Positions 1-14,039 of a stretch of 64,000 nucleotides of DNA are shown in pieces. The stretch is taken from the NCBI GenBank assembly GCA_015680685.1, contig MNCI01001832.1:67404-131403 (forward strand), written 5' to 3'. The translations under genes and the position numbers were made by a program. Numbering within the stretch: the stretch's first letter is position 1; every line of letters starts with the position of its first letter. The stretch is from Gnetum montanum. Lineage: Eukaryota; Plantae; Gnetophyta. The notes beneath the pieces are model-generated. The model was not told the origin of the DNA, searched no databases, and saw only the letters and a program-made list of their open reading frames with translations.

Positions 1-692
1 TGTGTTCCTAATCTATGCTACTCCTAAAGGTAGCTGAAAATAATATTAACTAAGCTAAGCTAGGAGGAGAAAGGTGAGAGAATCTAATCTAGCCTAAGTG
101 CAACGAGCAACCGATTCCTTGATCAACCGTACACATCTTGGACCTCGTGCACGACTACCACTAGGATTACCAAGCGTAGATCCTAGGTATGCCACTAGGC
201 TACCAAGTAGTCACACTTAAATGCTCGTAATCAAGTCGTACGTGTTCCACGTTGCGATGAGTAGCCGATTCCTTGACTAACCGTACACATCCTTAGATGC
301 TCGTAATCAAGTCGTACTCATACCACATTCTAGGAGTTTAAGGGTAAGAGAGAAAGCAGTAAATAACAATTAAATAAACAAATAAATAACAAAATGACTA
401 CTACAATGATGAAGTAATCTCGATCTTTATTGCTGGTCATGTGCGTGTCCAAGTACGTCACACTCGAATAAGACACCGTACAATTACATTCACCACACTG
501 CGAGTAGACACGGGAAAAATGATCTATCTCTGGAGTGGTCAAACTACCAGAGCTTTACTACTCCTATTCTATCTATGTTAAACAAGGGAGAGTCGTGTCT
601 TATTTATAGATATGGCGACGGATTGCGAAATCGCGTACGCGATATCGTAGGGAAGATGCGATATCGTGGCCTATGCGAATCGCGTCTCATCA
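1..692 (-). mobile_element. Athila-type LTR (left end outside window), same family as the solo LTR at 28528-29568
   Basis: Ends in cgcgtctcatca (minus TGATGAGACGCG), identical to the end of the solo LTR. Minus-strand TATA (tatttataga, ~601-610), minus AATAAA (~425-430), CGATATCG repeats and the same hairpin modules. CpGs are retained, so it is relatively young. Confidence 0.85.
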
Positions 693-1151
693 AAAGTTGA
701 TAGAGAAGTATGAATTTCAAAAACAATTAAAGGATCTTGTAGAAAAAAATGACTATCTAGTTCAATTAGTCCAACTAGAATAAAGAAAAAGTTCATGTCA
801 AGTCATGCATGTAAATGCAAGTTATCATTTAAAGATGATAGCTTTGTTTGTCCCATTTTGGAGAAGGTAGTGCTTTAATACGAAGAAAGTATATGTATTC
901 TTAGTTATTTATCTCATGTCTTTATTTGATTTTTGTAATTACATTTCTAAGCACATTTTTTATTTGTTTCTATCATTTTATAATAATTAACATTTTGTTA
1001 TTTCATTATAGCAAGGATCTCGGTGAGGACTAGAACACATAGTTGATGTTATGTTTTTGGTAAACAATTTATTCAACTTTAATTTTAAAATATGCATACT
1101 ATGTAATCAAGCACTTTGAAGATAGATCTTGTAAATATCAAATTTCATATG

Positions 1152-2544
1152 TGAAACATCACCAAGAAAACACATGTTGTAACTTATAACCTTCACCACC
1201 CAACTTAAGGCAAGATCTTATTGTAAATGTAAGGTTTGTGGACAATAAGCTACAATCTTGCATACTTTAACTTTTTGGGGCTGAAAAATGCCTCATAAGT
1301 TGCTATTGCCTCACTTCACAAGTTGAAAAAGTGTTGTTATGTCTATATGGGCTTGGGAAGGCTAAAAATGCCTTAGATACTACCAAATTTATCATTTTCA
1401 TGGGTTTTTTGTGGGGATATAGCCTTGACTACGTTGGAACTACCTACCCCCAATGTAGATGATGTTGGCTATTCACTTTTCCAACAAAACCCAACATAGT
1501 TACCACAAAATCCAACATAGCTACAAAAATCTAACATTGGATTTATTGGGTTTTCCATTTTCCTAGCAATGGCTAGCGTAGTCATGATAGTTTTCTAGTG
1601 GTAGTAGCATAGCCAACATAGTCATCATGGATTTCTAGTAGCTATAGTATGCCTAGCATAGTCAACATGACTACAAAAGATTCTAACAAATTCTAGCATA
1701 GTCCTCCGAGGCTAATGTAGTTGAGGTGAACACTACTGTAGTAACCAAAGTCCATTTACTATTTTTAGTATACAAATGGGTTTTGATGACTTTGATGTAT
1801 CAAAACTTACTATAAATGATCAACTACATGAGAATCATAGCCATTGTGCCTACAAATAAACACCAATCTATTAGTAATCATGACAGAAATTTGTAGCCTT
1901 ATATCAACAAGCTAAAACCTATAAAAGCCAAACTTGAACACCTTATTCATGTCTTGAAAAAATTTTGTTCTGAACCTTTGCAACCTAAATCATTTTACAC
2001 CCATTTTGACATTTTTAATAATTTTGAAAGTAATTAGCATCTACTTGAGCACCAAAGACTCTCAATGTAGTCCCATTGCTACCAAACTCAAACACCATTA
2101 TTCATGCCATTTCCACCCAAAGTTGTAGATCCAAGAAAAACTTAGCAAGATGCTTTTGACAATTGGAGTTGGGAAGCACCTGGATCATGGAGTTTGACTA
2201 TAGAACACAACCTACCAGCTCCAACAAGCTTCAAGCTCCAACTAAGCCAGCTTCTTATGCATTTGAGTACATAATTTGTACTTCTTAAACTTTACACTTT
2301 CATTCAATAAAGTTTTTAGTTCATTTATAGTGCATATTTAGTTTCATGTTTAATTCTATGTTAATTTATCATCATTTGAATCTACAATTTCATTCCTATT
2401 TACACTTTCTAGGTCCTTGGGTGATCGACCAAACTATTTAGGCCGCCTTGGATCATATTTCTTGAAGGCCCTTAGTATCCAAGGTTAGGCTATTTGGCCT
2501 AGATTTTTTGGTTTTTCCAACAACCAAATTTTTTAAGCACAATA
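1152..2544 (+). repeat. 5' LTR of Tat-type element
   Basis: Colinear homology with 23060-24453 (tgaaacatcacc.../tgaaacaccact... to ...cacaata/...aacaata). TATA-like cctataaaag at ~1918. Confidence 0.88.
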
Positions 2545-2549
2545 GTTTC

Positions 2550-2566
2550 TGGTTCTAGAAGGAGGA
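2550..2566 (+). promoter_or_regulatory. Primer-binding site, tRNA-Asn type
   Basis: tggttctagaaggagga resembles TGGCGCTAGAAGGAGGG, the complement of the plant tRNA-Asn 3' end, just downstream of the LTR. Confidence 0.7.
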
Positions 2567-3827
2567 CCTCTGCCCAAATTCTCAGCCCAAAAATCTATTC
2601 CAACATTTTTCAAAACCAATTATTATGCATTATGAGCTTAAGACCTATAAGTATTTACCATAAAAGTCAATGCTGGTGTCCAATTTCCTACATGCAATAC
2701 CTAGTGTAGTTGTGGTTTGTGATTTTGGTTTTTACTGCATTGTTGTAGCAGTTTCAGGATCCTTTGGAAATCAACATACTCAACAACAAAACTTGTAATT
2801 TTCACCTAGTAAAACCTACGTTTGGAGCCTAAACACCAACATCGATCCACCCTAAACTCCAAATACCTCTACTATGAAATCCTATAGGAAAAGCTAGCAT
2901 AGACACTACCACGACTCTAGCATAGTCCTTGAAAAATCCAAGATTTTCACAATTAATTTCTTAAAACCAATGTACACACCCTTTGGAGAAAATATTTCTA
3001 ACTTGGTTTTACCAAGTGAAAACCCATTCTCCACAATCTACTTTAGCATAGTAAGCTAGGAAACCACTGAAAAAACCAGCATAGTTGGTCTTACCAACTT
3101 TAAAACCATAACACTATTTTCCCAAGTGTAGTATACACCACTTCCACTACAATAGCACTTTCAACCATTTTTTTCATTTATAGTCAACTACACTATTGGG
3201 AAATCCTGCTTACTAAAATTTTAACTAAAAATAGTAAAAGGTCAAAACAACATCTTTGATAATGCCTTTTAGTAACTCCAAATTTTTGCTCGTAGACATG
3301 AGAAACATGGCATCCAACCAAGATGAAGTGAGGATCTATGATCCAAAAGACCCCACTGTGGCTAAGTGTAGATAGTCCCTTAGATAAAGGGGACAAAGCC
3401 CAGACTTTGCTATACTCAACAAAGAATACTACAACTATAATTACATTAAAATCCATGATCGATTACTCCTTCCACATGTAGAGGTTGAAGCCAAACATGA
3501 GTACAAGTTAATTCATCACAATGCAAAAGAGCATATACCCTCTCCCTATGACAATATACCACTTACTAATGCTAAGGAAAACATAATTTTTCAATTAATT
3601 GAGATAAACAAATGGAGTGAAAAGCTTAGTTCAAAGGGTCAGCATGAAAAACATGATGAGTTAGAGGTAGAGCCTAAATCAGATAACTTCATAAGGATCC
3701 TATTCCAACAATCAGTCCCTCAAACTACCATAGCCACTTAAACCCTTCCTATCTCTTCCATTCAATAGGCATCTCAACCATCATCTCTTGTATATCCCAT
3801 AGTTTTTGGGACTATACCAATTATAGC

Positions 3828-4868
3828 TATGAATCATTGAACTTAGAAGGGGGAGGGATGAATAAGTTCTCCATATTAAAATTATTTGAGACAAAGCACA
3901 GGCCAACTCGAATGTGGTTTCCCAACTTGGGTAGTCCACACTCATAGGATAGTTCACAAGCACACCTCTGGACTTTGTTGCTCTCAAATGTGGTTTGAAG
4001 GGTACCATACCCTATACAACCTCTAAGCTCTACTCAGGAGTGATTCAATGCTACGAATCCACTTAGCCCCGTAAGGTCCTGAGGAGCTTAGAATATGGTT
4101 TCCAAGATCCCACAACCATTACAACTTGAGCTTCACTCCAAAGTATTATGGCACTACACAAATAGTCAATCCTACAAGATCTTAACAAGCTCAAGCAAGA
4201 TGCCTTCCCTTAAGAACTACATCAACCCTATAGGGCAACAAAAGAGAATAACAATTACAAGGGATGAATGCAACTAAATTAGCTAATCCTTGTACTTGAG
4301 ATAAAACTCACATAGACCAATTACAATAGACAAAAGATTGTACAATGAGGAGCAACAATGATTACAATGATTGTCAAATGATTGCAATGGATAGTACACA
4401 ATACATGCACATTTCCCAATGATAATGAAGTCTTCTTATAGCCACTATGTTTTCAAATTCATCTTGGAATTCGTGCAATGAATAATTAACAGTTATTGAA
4501 AATGTCTTCTTCATGACTAAGACATCTTTCTGCATGTGGCCTTTATTCTAGAAAAATGTCTTCGTGTGCTGAAAGACATCTTTTTGTAACTATCCTTCAT
4601 TTTGGAAAGATGTCTCTCTATTTAGACACGCATCTGCTATTTTGCAAAGACATCTTCTCCTATGCTGCCTTCAATACTACCAAGACGTCTACTTGGAGAC
4701 ATATTTGTTTACACTTGAATTATTCATTCCTTGTCCATGCCCTTAAGCTTCTTCAAACCTTCTTGTCTCAATCCAAGTTCTTATCATACAAACACAATAA
4801 CCACATAATCACACAAACATCCTTGTTCTCCATTTTCCTTAACATTTTGACATACCAAAAGGTCCATA
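3828..4868 (-). repeat. 3' LTR of copia element
   Basis: Colinear with 9092-10150 and adjacent to the PPT at 4869-4882. Confidence 0.88.
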
Positions 4869-4965
4869 ATCTCCCCCTTTTTGGTGATGTTCAAAACTTA
4901 ATAAAATGGGTTAGTAAACATACAAATATCCAAATATATTTATAACTATACTCTCCCCCTTTTTG
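4869..4965 (-). promoter_or_regulatory. Multiple polypurine tracts (Sirevirus-like)
   Basis: atctcccccttttt at 4869-4882 and ctctccccctttttg at ~4952-4965 (minus AAAAAGGGGGAG). Confidence 0.7.
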
Positions 4966-5309
4966 AATAATAGCAAAAAAGGATAAAGCACATAAGTAAA
5001 GCACTAAAAATATAATAAGATATATAAATTCCTATGGTAACCAAGGATAAGGATAAGTGCTGATGTTCGATAGTATGTGAAACGATGAAAAGTAAAGAGC
5101 AAAGGTGTATCACACAAAGAAAATAAAGAAAAAAATCATCTTTCCATAACTCATCCATAAACTATCACATACTACATTGTCCATACATCACATCACAATC
5201 ATCTGCAATTGTCACTTCACATCAATCACATATGTGCAAAGTCCCAAAATCACATATGTGAGAAACAAAAAATATCTCCTCAACAAAAGGAGAGAGAAAA
5301 TAATCACCT

Positions 5310-6882
5310 AAGGCATCAATCACTAGCCTTGGTTGCATCCTCAAACATTGATCCCTCTACTACTCTTGATGGACAATAAGTCTTCTCTTCATCTTCATCA
5401 CTGCTGGTGCTATGATGACTCAATCTCTATGTATCCTCATCAAATGACTCAACCTCCTAAATAGGAGCCTGCCTGGGATGAAGCTTCACTCAAAATTGAG
5501 ATGAAGCTAAAGAATCTAACAAAAATTAAGGTTTTTGAGCTAGGACCCATTGGGACATGCTTTCAAAGATACTCTCCATAGCACACTACTCAAAAACATT
5601 GGGAGCATCAGCTAATAGAGGTACTAAGTGAACAAGTGATGTAGGATCATGATGCTCCCCCTCAACATGAGCCAATGGTGCCTCAGCCTCTAAATCAGAC
5701 TTCATACCTAAGTCATAAGCATGCAAAGGACCTACTACTATAGAATGTCATGGTGGGGTAGGAACATCCTCCTCACTATCAAAAATAGAAGGAGTAATGA
5801 CCTCCTCAAAGGCCTATTCATCAGAAGATGATGGAATGCTAACTATGTCTAAACTCATACACAAGTAAGAGAGGTTTCTCCCAAGCTTATCAATAGCTCA
5901 TGCAAAGGGCCAAAGAAGTTTCTTTAGTAACAAATTGATCTACGCACCCATATATTTTGATCTTTTCAGCTATGGAGATGCTTCCATCTTCTACTTCTAT
6001 GATCTTGTGCTAGGTCCTACTCTATCTACATGTGAAAGATCCTTCTTCTCAACATTTTCCTTAGGACTCCTCTTGCCTTAAAGTAACGGCATCTCTAGAA
6101 TACATGCATCCCTCTGCCTGATCAACAAGCTAATAAAATAAGGATTTCTAAGGATCCTTTCCTTGGAAAATAGAATTAGGATGTCTTGATAGAGTGTATG
6201 TTCCAAATCAAATGACAATCTTATGAGAAGACAATAAAGCACATATGCCTGTGGTGGTAGCAAATAACTATAACTTTCCCCTTTAACCATAATGTTATAC
6301 CATACAACAAGAGAAAATTTGAAAGCATTAGAAGTCATTAGGCTCCTTTCAACATGACCTCTTTCAAATCCTGAATAATACATGACAAAATTCATCATAT
6401 GCAATGGGCATGATACCATTAGAATAGATGTCCTACATGGAATCCATGGTTACCCAAAAAACATCAGAACTAGAGATCTCAAGGATTATATTTACAACTT
6501 GCCCCCCACCCCAAACCATGGAAGTAAATGTCCCAAAAAAAGCATTTGTAATGATAATATTTTAATAAAATTCTCTAATTAAAACTTCAAGAAATAGAAA
6601 ATTCATTGCAATGAGGGTTCTCTAATTCAAAGCTTTGAAGTAATCCATTAATGTAGCTTGTCTATGAGCAGGGAAAGACAAATATCTTTTAGTAATGATG
6701 CTTGTGATTCTAGTAGCTTCAAACCTATGTTGTGCATTGCTACTATGAAATTGTGGCATGTAAGGGGGTGGCACACTATTGGAACTACCTTTGGATTTCT
6801 TATTTGATGGCACCCTAGACGTTCCACTCTTCATGTGGGCAATCTTTGATAAAATCATTGCTAATGGTGGAGCCCTAGTCAT
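5310..6882 (-). pseudogene. Accessory (env-like position) ORF of copia element, disrupted
   Basis: ORF fragments 6622-6882 (MTRAPP...KKSKGSSN...) and 6078-6419, with an acidic tail toward ~5310. Located between gag and PPT; no pol motifs. 3' end approximate. Confidence 0.55.
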
Positions 6883-7449
6883 CTCTATGGGTCAAATGAG
6901 AGAATACAATAAAGAAATGAGGGTCTAGCCTTTAATAGCAATGTCGAATGAAGGCTTTGAATGAAAAATAAGACATCTTTTCCATGATTAAAATTCATAG
7001 TAGATGTCTTTCATGTATAATAGACATCTTTCCAAAAAGATACAACAACTTAGAGACATGTCTTCACTTATCAGAAGACATCTTTTATTTTTCGAAGATG
7101 TCTTTGCCAAAAATAGGATGGGGTTTGGAAAGGATGCCAATGGACTATATTCTAAAAGAAAGCTCTCAAAAAAAACTTACCTCTACTTACCTACTACACT
7201 ATTGAAGTAATGATATTTAAAAGGCTAGAGGATCAGTTTCCTCCTCAAAGGATTCTCTTATCAACAAAACTTCTTCAATGTCCAAAGCTTAGCTCCCTCT
7301 TACAAATTTTTTGATGAGAGTATCTTGATTTCTATGATCTTGCTATTTAATTCTTTATTCTTTCCTAGTTCCTTTAGTCTTTTGAGTTGACATCTGGTCT
7401 CCCTATGATTCTGCACAAAATCCTTTTGGTGCACTTTGATACGACCAAT

Positions 7450-9031
7450 GAGTCCTATGATATGACTGATTATGATAATACTTAAGATTACAATCTCATT
7501 GTTTATGTCCTAACTTGTAATAATAATAGCATCTAATCCTCCAATGGTAGTATGAGAGATTAGAATGATCAAACCTTTTAGGACCTTTTTGAAAAATGGG
7601 TGCTTCATCTAATTTTAATGTATTGGCTTTTCCTTTCAGAGGATCGTTTGATTGTGATGGGTCTGTAGAAGGTGATTTCTCTTATGTGCAACATCCTAGA
7701 CCACTCTTTTCATGAAAATTTCATCCTTATCCCAGTATCATTTGAAGGGATTCCTTTCCCTTTGCCAATCTTTCATTTATTAATTTGACATCTGCAACTT
7801 CCACTTTGGCCTGTTCTAGGAATGAGGTTAGCATTTCATTCTTAGCCCTTAGGTTTGAGAACTATTTAGTAAGATCAAAAATAGCCAAATTCAACAAATA
7901 TATTTCTTGATCTTTAGACTTGACTTGTTTATTTAACTTATTGCAAAGACTTTGAAATGAGATAAGCTCATTACATAAAAGATCAAACCTTTCTTCATCA
8001 TTAAGATCATGATCTGATGAATTAGCATCATCATTAATAAGGGCCATGCAAATAAGATGTGAATTTTTTCCATCATCCTTCACTTCTTCCTCACTCTAGT
8101 CCCCATCATCCCAACTTGTATAGAAGTTGGTTTTCTTTAACTCATCAATGTATTTATTCTTGGACTACAACTTGAAATTACTAGGACATTCAGAGACCAT
8201 ATGGCCTCTTCCACCACAAATCCAACATTATATATAAGAGAAGTCTAAGTTAGAATTCAAAAAAAATTTACCTCTTTCTTTACCTTTGAGTTGATTGAAT
8301 CTTTGTTGACATGTTCCCTTGTTCCTTCTCATTATTAGTCTTTTTAGCTTCCTAGTGAGAAAGGCAATCTCATCTTCACTGCCTGCATCATGTTCATTGA
8401 GCTCCTTCTCCTTAGAGGTAGTCTTTAGAATAATGGGTCTTTCTTGGATGGCTCCTTCACTTATGAGATTCATTTCATAGGTGATGAAAGCACTTTGAAG
8501 TTCTTCAAATTTCAAAGTTGAGAAATTTCTAATTTCTTCCATAACTATGACCTTTGGTCTAAACTACAATTGAAGACTTCGGATCATTTTGATGATGACA
8601 TTACTCATGGGCAAATCTTTACTTGTACCTCTAATAACTACAACAATATCATTCGCTCTAGAAAAGAAATCTTTTATTTTCTCACCGTCTCTCATTTTTA
8701 GTTTATCATATTCGCTTTGCAAAACTAACAATTTAGATTAGTTGATAATAGAGGTTCCTTCATACGTAGCTTCTAAAGTTTGCCAAATTTCTTTGGCTGT
8801 TTTACATCCTACTACTCTATTAAATTCACATTTATTAAAACTACAATATAAACAATTATTTGCTTTTGAATCAAGCATGAACTTATCTTTCTCCTCTTGA
8901 GTCAATTTATTACGAGGCTTGATGATGCCAGTGGAGTTATCGATAAGCAAAGTGTAGCCTTTAACAATTAAATCCCAAACTTCAAATTCCATGGATGTGA
9001 AGATGCGTGGCTTTGTATAAGTCGAATCCAT
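7450..9031 (-). pseudogene. Copia gag (UBN2-type), disrupted
   Basis: FEVWDLIVKG...EFNRVVGCKTAKEIWQTLEATYEGT; IEEIRNFSTLKFEELQSAFITYE; zinc knuckle WICGGRGHMVSECP (~8185-8225) and a second knuckle near 7490-7535. Confidence 0.85.
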
Positions 9032-9077
9032 TGAATATGGATGGCTTTGTATAAGTCGAATCCATTGAATATGGATG

Positions 9078-9089
9078 GCTCTGATACCA
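9078..9089 (-). promoter_or_regulatory. PBS complementary to tRNA-iMet
   Basis: gctctgatacca reads TGGTATCAGAGC on the minus strand, 2 nt from the LTR end. Confidence 0.92.
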
Positions 9090-9091
9090 CT

Positions 9092-10150
9092 TCTAAATCA
9101 TTGAACTTAAAAGGGGGGGGAGCGAAGAAGTTCCCCAAATTAAAATTCTTTGAGATAAAGCACACACTATCTTTAACATGGTTCCCCAACTTGGGTAGTT
9201 CATACTTAGAGGATAGTTCACAAGCACACCTCTGGACTTTTTTTCTCTTAAATGTGGTTTGAAGGGTACCACACCCTGTACAACCTCTCAGCTTCACTCA
9301 GGAGTGATTCAATGCTATGAATCCACTTAACCCTGCAAGGCTCCAACAACCTTAAAATGTAGTTTCCAAGATCCCACAACCTTTACAACTTGAGCTTTGC
9401 TCCAGAGTGTTGTGGAATTATACCAACACTCAATCCCATAGGATCCTTATAAGCTCAAGCAAGATGCCTTCTCACAAGAAGCACATCAATCCCACAGAGC
9501 AACAAAAGAGAATAATAATTACAAGGGATGAATGCACCTGAATTTGCTAATCCTTGTACTTAAGGTACAACTCACATAGACCAATTATGATAGACAAAAG
9601 ATTGTACAATGAGGAGCAACACTTATTACAATAATTGTCAAATGACTGCAATGGATAGTACATAATACTTGCACATTTCTCAATGATAATGAAGTCTTCT
9701 TATAGCCACTATGTTTTCAAATTCATCTTGAAACTCATGCAATGGCTAACTAATAGTCATTGAAGACATCTCATTCATAACTGAGACACCTTTCTACATC
9801 TAGGCCTCCATTTGGAGAGATATCTTCTTCTAGTGAAAGACATCTTTCTGTAATTGGCCTTTATTCTAGAAGGATGTCTTTGTCTAAGGAAAGACATCTT
9901 TCTATCTAGAAAGGCATCTATTATCTTGTAGAGACATCTTCTCCTATGCTACCATTAATTTTGCTAAGACATCTACTATTCCTTGGAGATTTCTTTCTTT
10001 GCACTTGAGTTCTTCATTCCTTGTCCATGTTCTTGAGCTTCTGCAAGCCTTCTTACCTCAATCCATGCTCTTGTCCTACAAATACAACAACCACACAAAC
10101 ATTCTTGTTCTTCAATTTCCTTAATGTTTTGACATACCAAAAGGTCCACA
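9092..10150 (-). repeat. 5' LTR of copia element
   Basis: Starts TGTGGACCTTTTGGTATGTCAAAA (minus) and is colinear with 3828-4868. Confidence 0.88.
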
Positions 10151-10448
10151 ATAGCAACACACCAAGCACAACTTGTGCCTCAAAAAAGCTCTCTATTTTT
10201 GTCCATGCTTTTTTCTCATGTAGCCTTAGTCTGCACGACCTTCACTAGTGCTTCTCACCATCACTCACCCCTTCTCTGTACTGGCCTCACACCAAGACTA
10301 CAAGTAACCCAGGGGACACATACACCATTTGTCCCCTTTGTACCTTAAGTACTAGCACAAACATCCTTTTCACTATTAAGCCCATCCATGACCACCATAA
10401 CCTAGCATCTCTCTTCTATACCATAGCCCATAGCGAGGCCATAGGCCT

Positions 10449-13135
10449 CTTAATTAACACCTCAACCATGGGGATACCCCAAGGATTAGATCAATTATTC
10501 GAAATGATTCAAGACCTAATAGAAGAGTTATAGAAGCTTAAAGCCTCCATAACATAAATTGTAAAAATAATGAATTTCTATCAAGATGATCTAATTAGTC
10601 CTACTTTTCCATCCATAACTCTTCCCCTATGCATCCCCATTCCTCAATTTACTAAGTACAATGGTAAAGACAATCCTAAAGCCTACTTGATAATCTTAAG
10701 TTTTGAGTGTCTATTGCTGCAAGCCTAGTCACATATCATAATGCAGATTTTCCCTATGTCCCTTACAAGAAAAGCTTTGGACTAGTACTGTACACTGCCA
10801 AGAGGATCTATATCCTCACTAGAAGACCTGATTCCATAGTTTATTAACCATTTCAAGTAAAACTTAAAACCTGACACGATTCTTAACCAACTAATGAAGG
10901 TCAAGCAAGGATTCCTTGAGCCAATGTAGAACTTTATACAACAATGGAATGCTCTTCTTAACAAGATTTCAAAATCGATATCCAAAACTCACCTTCTCAC
11001 TATATTCAAGGGGGTGGTTAACAATTTCATTAAGTCGAAACTATACTACCTAGATCCATGGTCACTTAGCCAAGCCTTTGCCCAAACAATGAACATAGAA
11101 AATGCGGTCAAGGCTACCCATGACCCTACCTACATGGCATACAAAAACTAGCACACATGGAAGGATAAGAAAAAATGGAGTTAAAATAATGTAACTCTAA
11201 CCATAGTGACCAAAGACAACAAGACAACTACACAGTGGTCCAAAATGAATCAACCCAAGGCTTCTATCAACAAAAATCAGCCTTCAACATCTGGGGCATC
11301 TACATCAACTACTACGAGGTCCAACTTTGAACAAAAAGACTAGTTGAAGTATACTAGGTTACCATTGAAACCATCAGAAGTCCTTGATCAATTGTTAAAG
11401 AGTGGAAGAATATAATACAAACAAATGACTAAAAATGTTTGTCATAGGCATGATAGACTATGTGAGATAGCTAAAAATCTCACTCTTGTAACCAAGGATG
11501 ATCCCCAAGTACCTAAGTAGCTCAAGCTTGACTATTTTTTCCACTACCATCAACTGTCAGGTCATGACATTGATTTTGTCCTAGCACTAAAGGATGACCT
11601 ATAGAAGATGATAGACAAGGGTGAATTGATCATTGATGCCTCCAACCTAGTCAAACTATAAAACCAATCCATGTAGGTCTACAAGAACCCATTGAATGCC
11701 AACAACAACCCATACACTATCATAGCATTCAATGTGACCAAGAATTCTAGACCTACGTAGGAGCCATTTGTGATTCATGTACCTCCTCACAACAACAGGG
11801 GCCCTTTAGCTTCAACTAGCTCAAGGCCCCCTTTTGTTGTAAGGATACCATCATGCATGCCTTCCAAACATTCTTTTGTGATTAGGGTGGCCCCTCTTGC
11901 TAAAGCAATAACCACCCTTACAACTAAAAAACATCCTCTTGTAGTGGCCAATGCAACAACTTCTTCATAACCAACCAACAACAAGAAGAAATCTCTAAGA
12001 AAACAATGCAATAAGCTTGCATTGAAGCCTAAGAACAATGATAATAAGTAGTCCAAGGCATGGAAGGAAGTGGGCCTATCAAAGCCCACTCTCATCTCAT
12101 CTATTCCAATGAGCTCTAAGGCTTAGGTTACCTCAACCAGTTAACCATGAGAGGACCCCAAGCCACAAGGGAAGGAAAAAGAAGCCAAAACAAAGCCATT
12201 GAATTATGAAGTTCACATTTTGGGGCACATGGAGGAATTCAAGAATGCTAAAAATAAAAAGGCTACAACCAATGATAAGGACTTTCGCAATGCAATGGAA
12301 TAGGTCAAGCATTCGCTAAAAGAAAAAAATACTTTCCTTAGCCTGTATGACCTTGTGATGACTTCTACTGTGCACTAAAACATTAGTCAAGATGTTGATC
12401 TCTATTCTTGTTAGTGTAGACATCCTTTCTAGTGAAGAGTTCATCCATGAAGTGAGGGTACCACCTTCACCAAACAAAGAAACAAGGTTAATGGTACTAG
12501 TTTTTTGCAATAGCAAAGTCAAGACCAACCTGAGAGATGGTAAGACAACCAATGCTTCCCTCTTCATAACCATAAGGATAGGATAGTACAAAGTGCATAA
12601 GGTACATGTTGATGATGGAGATGCAACAAATGTAATATCATATACTCTCATAGAACGTTTAGGCCTAACCAAGCATATGCAACATACTTCAACAACCACT
12701 TCTTCAATAGATGATGAACTATCATAAAAAGCTTCATTTCTTTAGACTTTGTGATAGGGGAAAAATTCCCCACAATGGCCAATATCTTGGTGGTGGAAGA
12801 GATACCAATATTCAACCTTATCCTAGGAAGACCTTGGCTAGCTCAATTACGATTTCTTTCCTAACTAATCCACCAAGAAATTCACCTGCCTTACAAGCTA
12901 GGTGAAATAATCATCCATGGTGACAATGTGGCTCCTATGGTAGTCAACAACATTGACATAGAACAAGGATCCAAAGTGAAATTTTAGGAAGAAACTCCTA
13001 TTATTAATCAAAAATTTGAGAAGTCTAATTGAGCATGCGAGGCTAAAACCAATAACGATGGCTCCATGAATGCATCATGGGAAGAGTTCCTCTTCAACAT
13101 TATGAGCGAAGGAAATGGGGAATACATAATTGTGC
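10449..13135 (+). pseudogene. Tat gag and aspartic protease remnants
   Basis: PQFTKYNGKDNPKAYL...FPMSLTRKALD.YCTLPRGSISSLEDL (retrotransposon gag); Tat-like knuckle HYHQLSGHD at ~11540; protease VHKVHVDDGDATNVI...NLILGRPWL at ~12590-12840. Many stops; boundaries approximate. Confidence 0.8.
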
Positions 13136-13494
13136 AAAGTAGACTGTACACATTTTCTAATCTATCATAGATTAGAAAACACTTGCACAATTGATGTATA
13201 CCCTTGATTCATTCACCCTTGCAGTTATAACTATGTGGCCTTCTTAGCTATAGCCTTTTAGCCTAGTTTACACGTTACTTGTATGCACCATTTTTTTTAC
13301 TCTTATTTTACTTTGTTTTAACCTTTAATTCATGCATAGCCTAAGATTCGTTTTCATTTATAATTTTCATTTTATGCCTTTTTCTTTTAGAACATAAAAT
13401 ATGAAAATTATCATAAAAACCTTAAAACTTGAAAAAAAAACTCATAAAAACTTTGAAAACATAAAAAATTGATTAAAAGTTTTCTTTTTAAAGC

Positions 13495-13740
13495 ATATGG
13501 CCCACCATGGTCTAAAACTAGCACAACATTGCACAACCTACCACTACCAAAAACTAGAAAAATGTATGGCCTACTATGGCCTAAAATTAACAAAACATCG
13601 CATGGCCTATCATGGCATAAAACTGGCAAAACGTATGGTCTGCCATGGCCTAAAACTAGCAAAACACCACATGGCCTGCCATGGCCTAAAACTAGCAAAA
13701 TACCATGTGGCCTGCCATGGCCTAAAACTAGCAAAATTTT
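13495..13740. repeat. ~31-33 bp tandem repeat (CATGGCCTRCCATGGCCTAAAACTAGCAAAA), about 7-8 copies
   Basis: Directly visible, and it generates the repetitive ORFs at 13411-13813. The same unit recurs at ~20910-20968. Confidence 0.9.
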
Positions 13741-14039
13741 TATCACCATTTACAACTTATCTTATGCCTTAGTATCCAACATGTCGCTAATTTCACCTTT
13801 TTATAACCAATGACAATCACATAAGTTAACCAACGTATCCTATGAGATGAACAAAATCATAAAACATTAAACATTAAAACATGTAAACCAAATTAAAATT
13901 TAAAAATAATAATAGTTTAAATGTTTGTCACATAGCATGACAAAAGTCTAAATAATACATGAAACAATAAATTATCCATCAACCGATCAAATTCCTAACA
14001 CTAGAAAATACTTCATGACGACAACATCAACATAACAAA

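Larger units (their letters stand above)
3828..10150 (-). mobile_element. Sirevirus-like Ty1/copia element lacking recognisable pol, nested in the Tat element
   Basis: LTRs 9092-10150 and 3828-4868. TSD ATAGC at 3823-3827 and 10151-10155. Perfect tRNA-iMet PBS, PPT AAAAAGGGGGAGAT with a second copy upstream, copia gag and an extra ORF. Confidence 0.88.

Noticed and set aside
13411-13813. Repetitive ORFs on both strands
   Set aside because: Translations of the ~32-bp tandem repeat.
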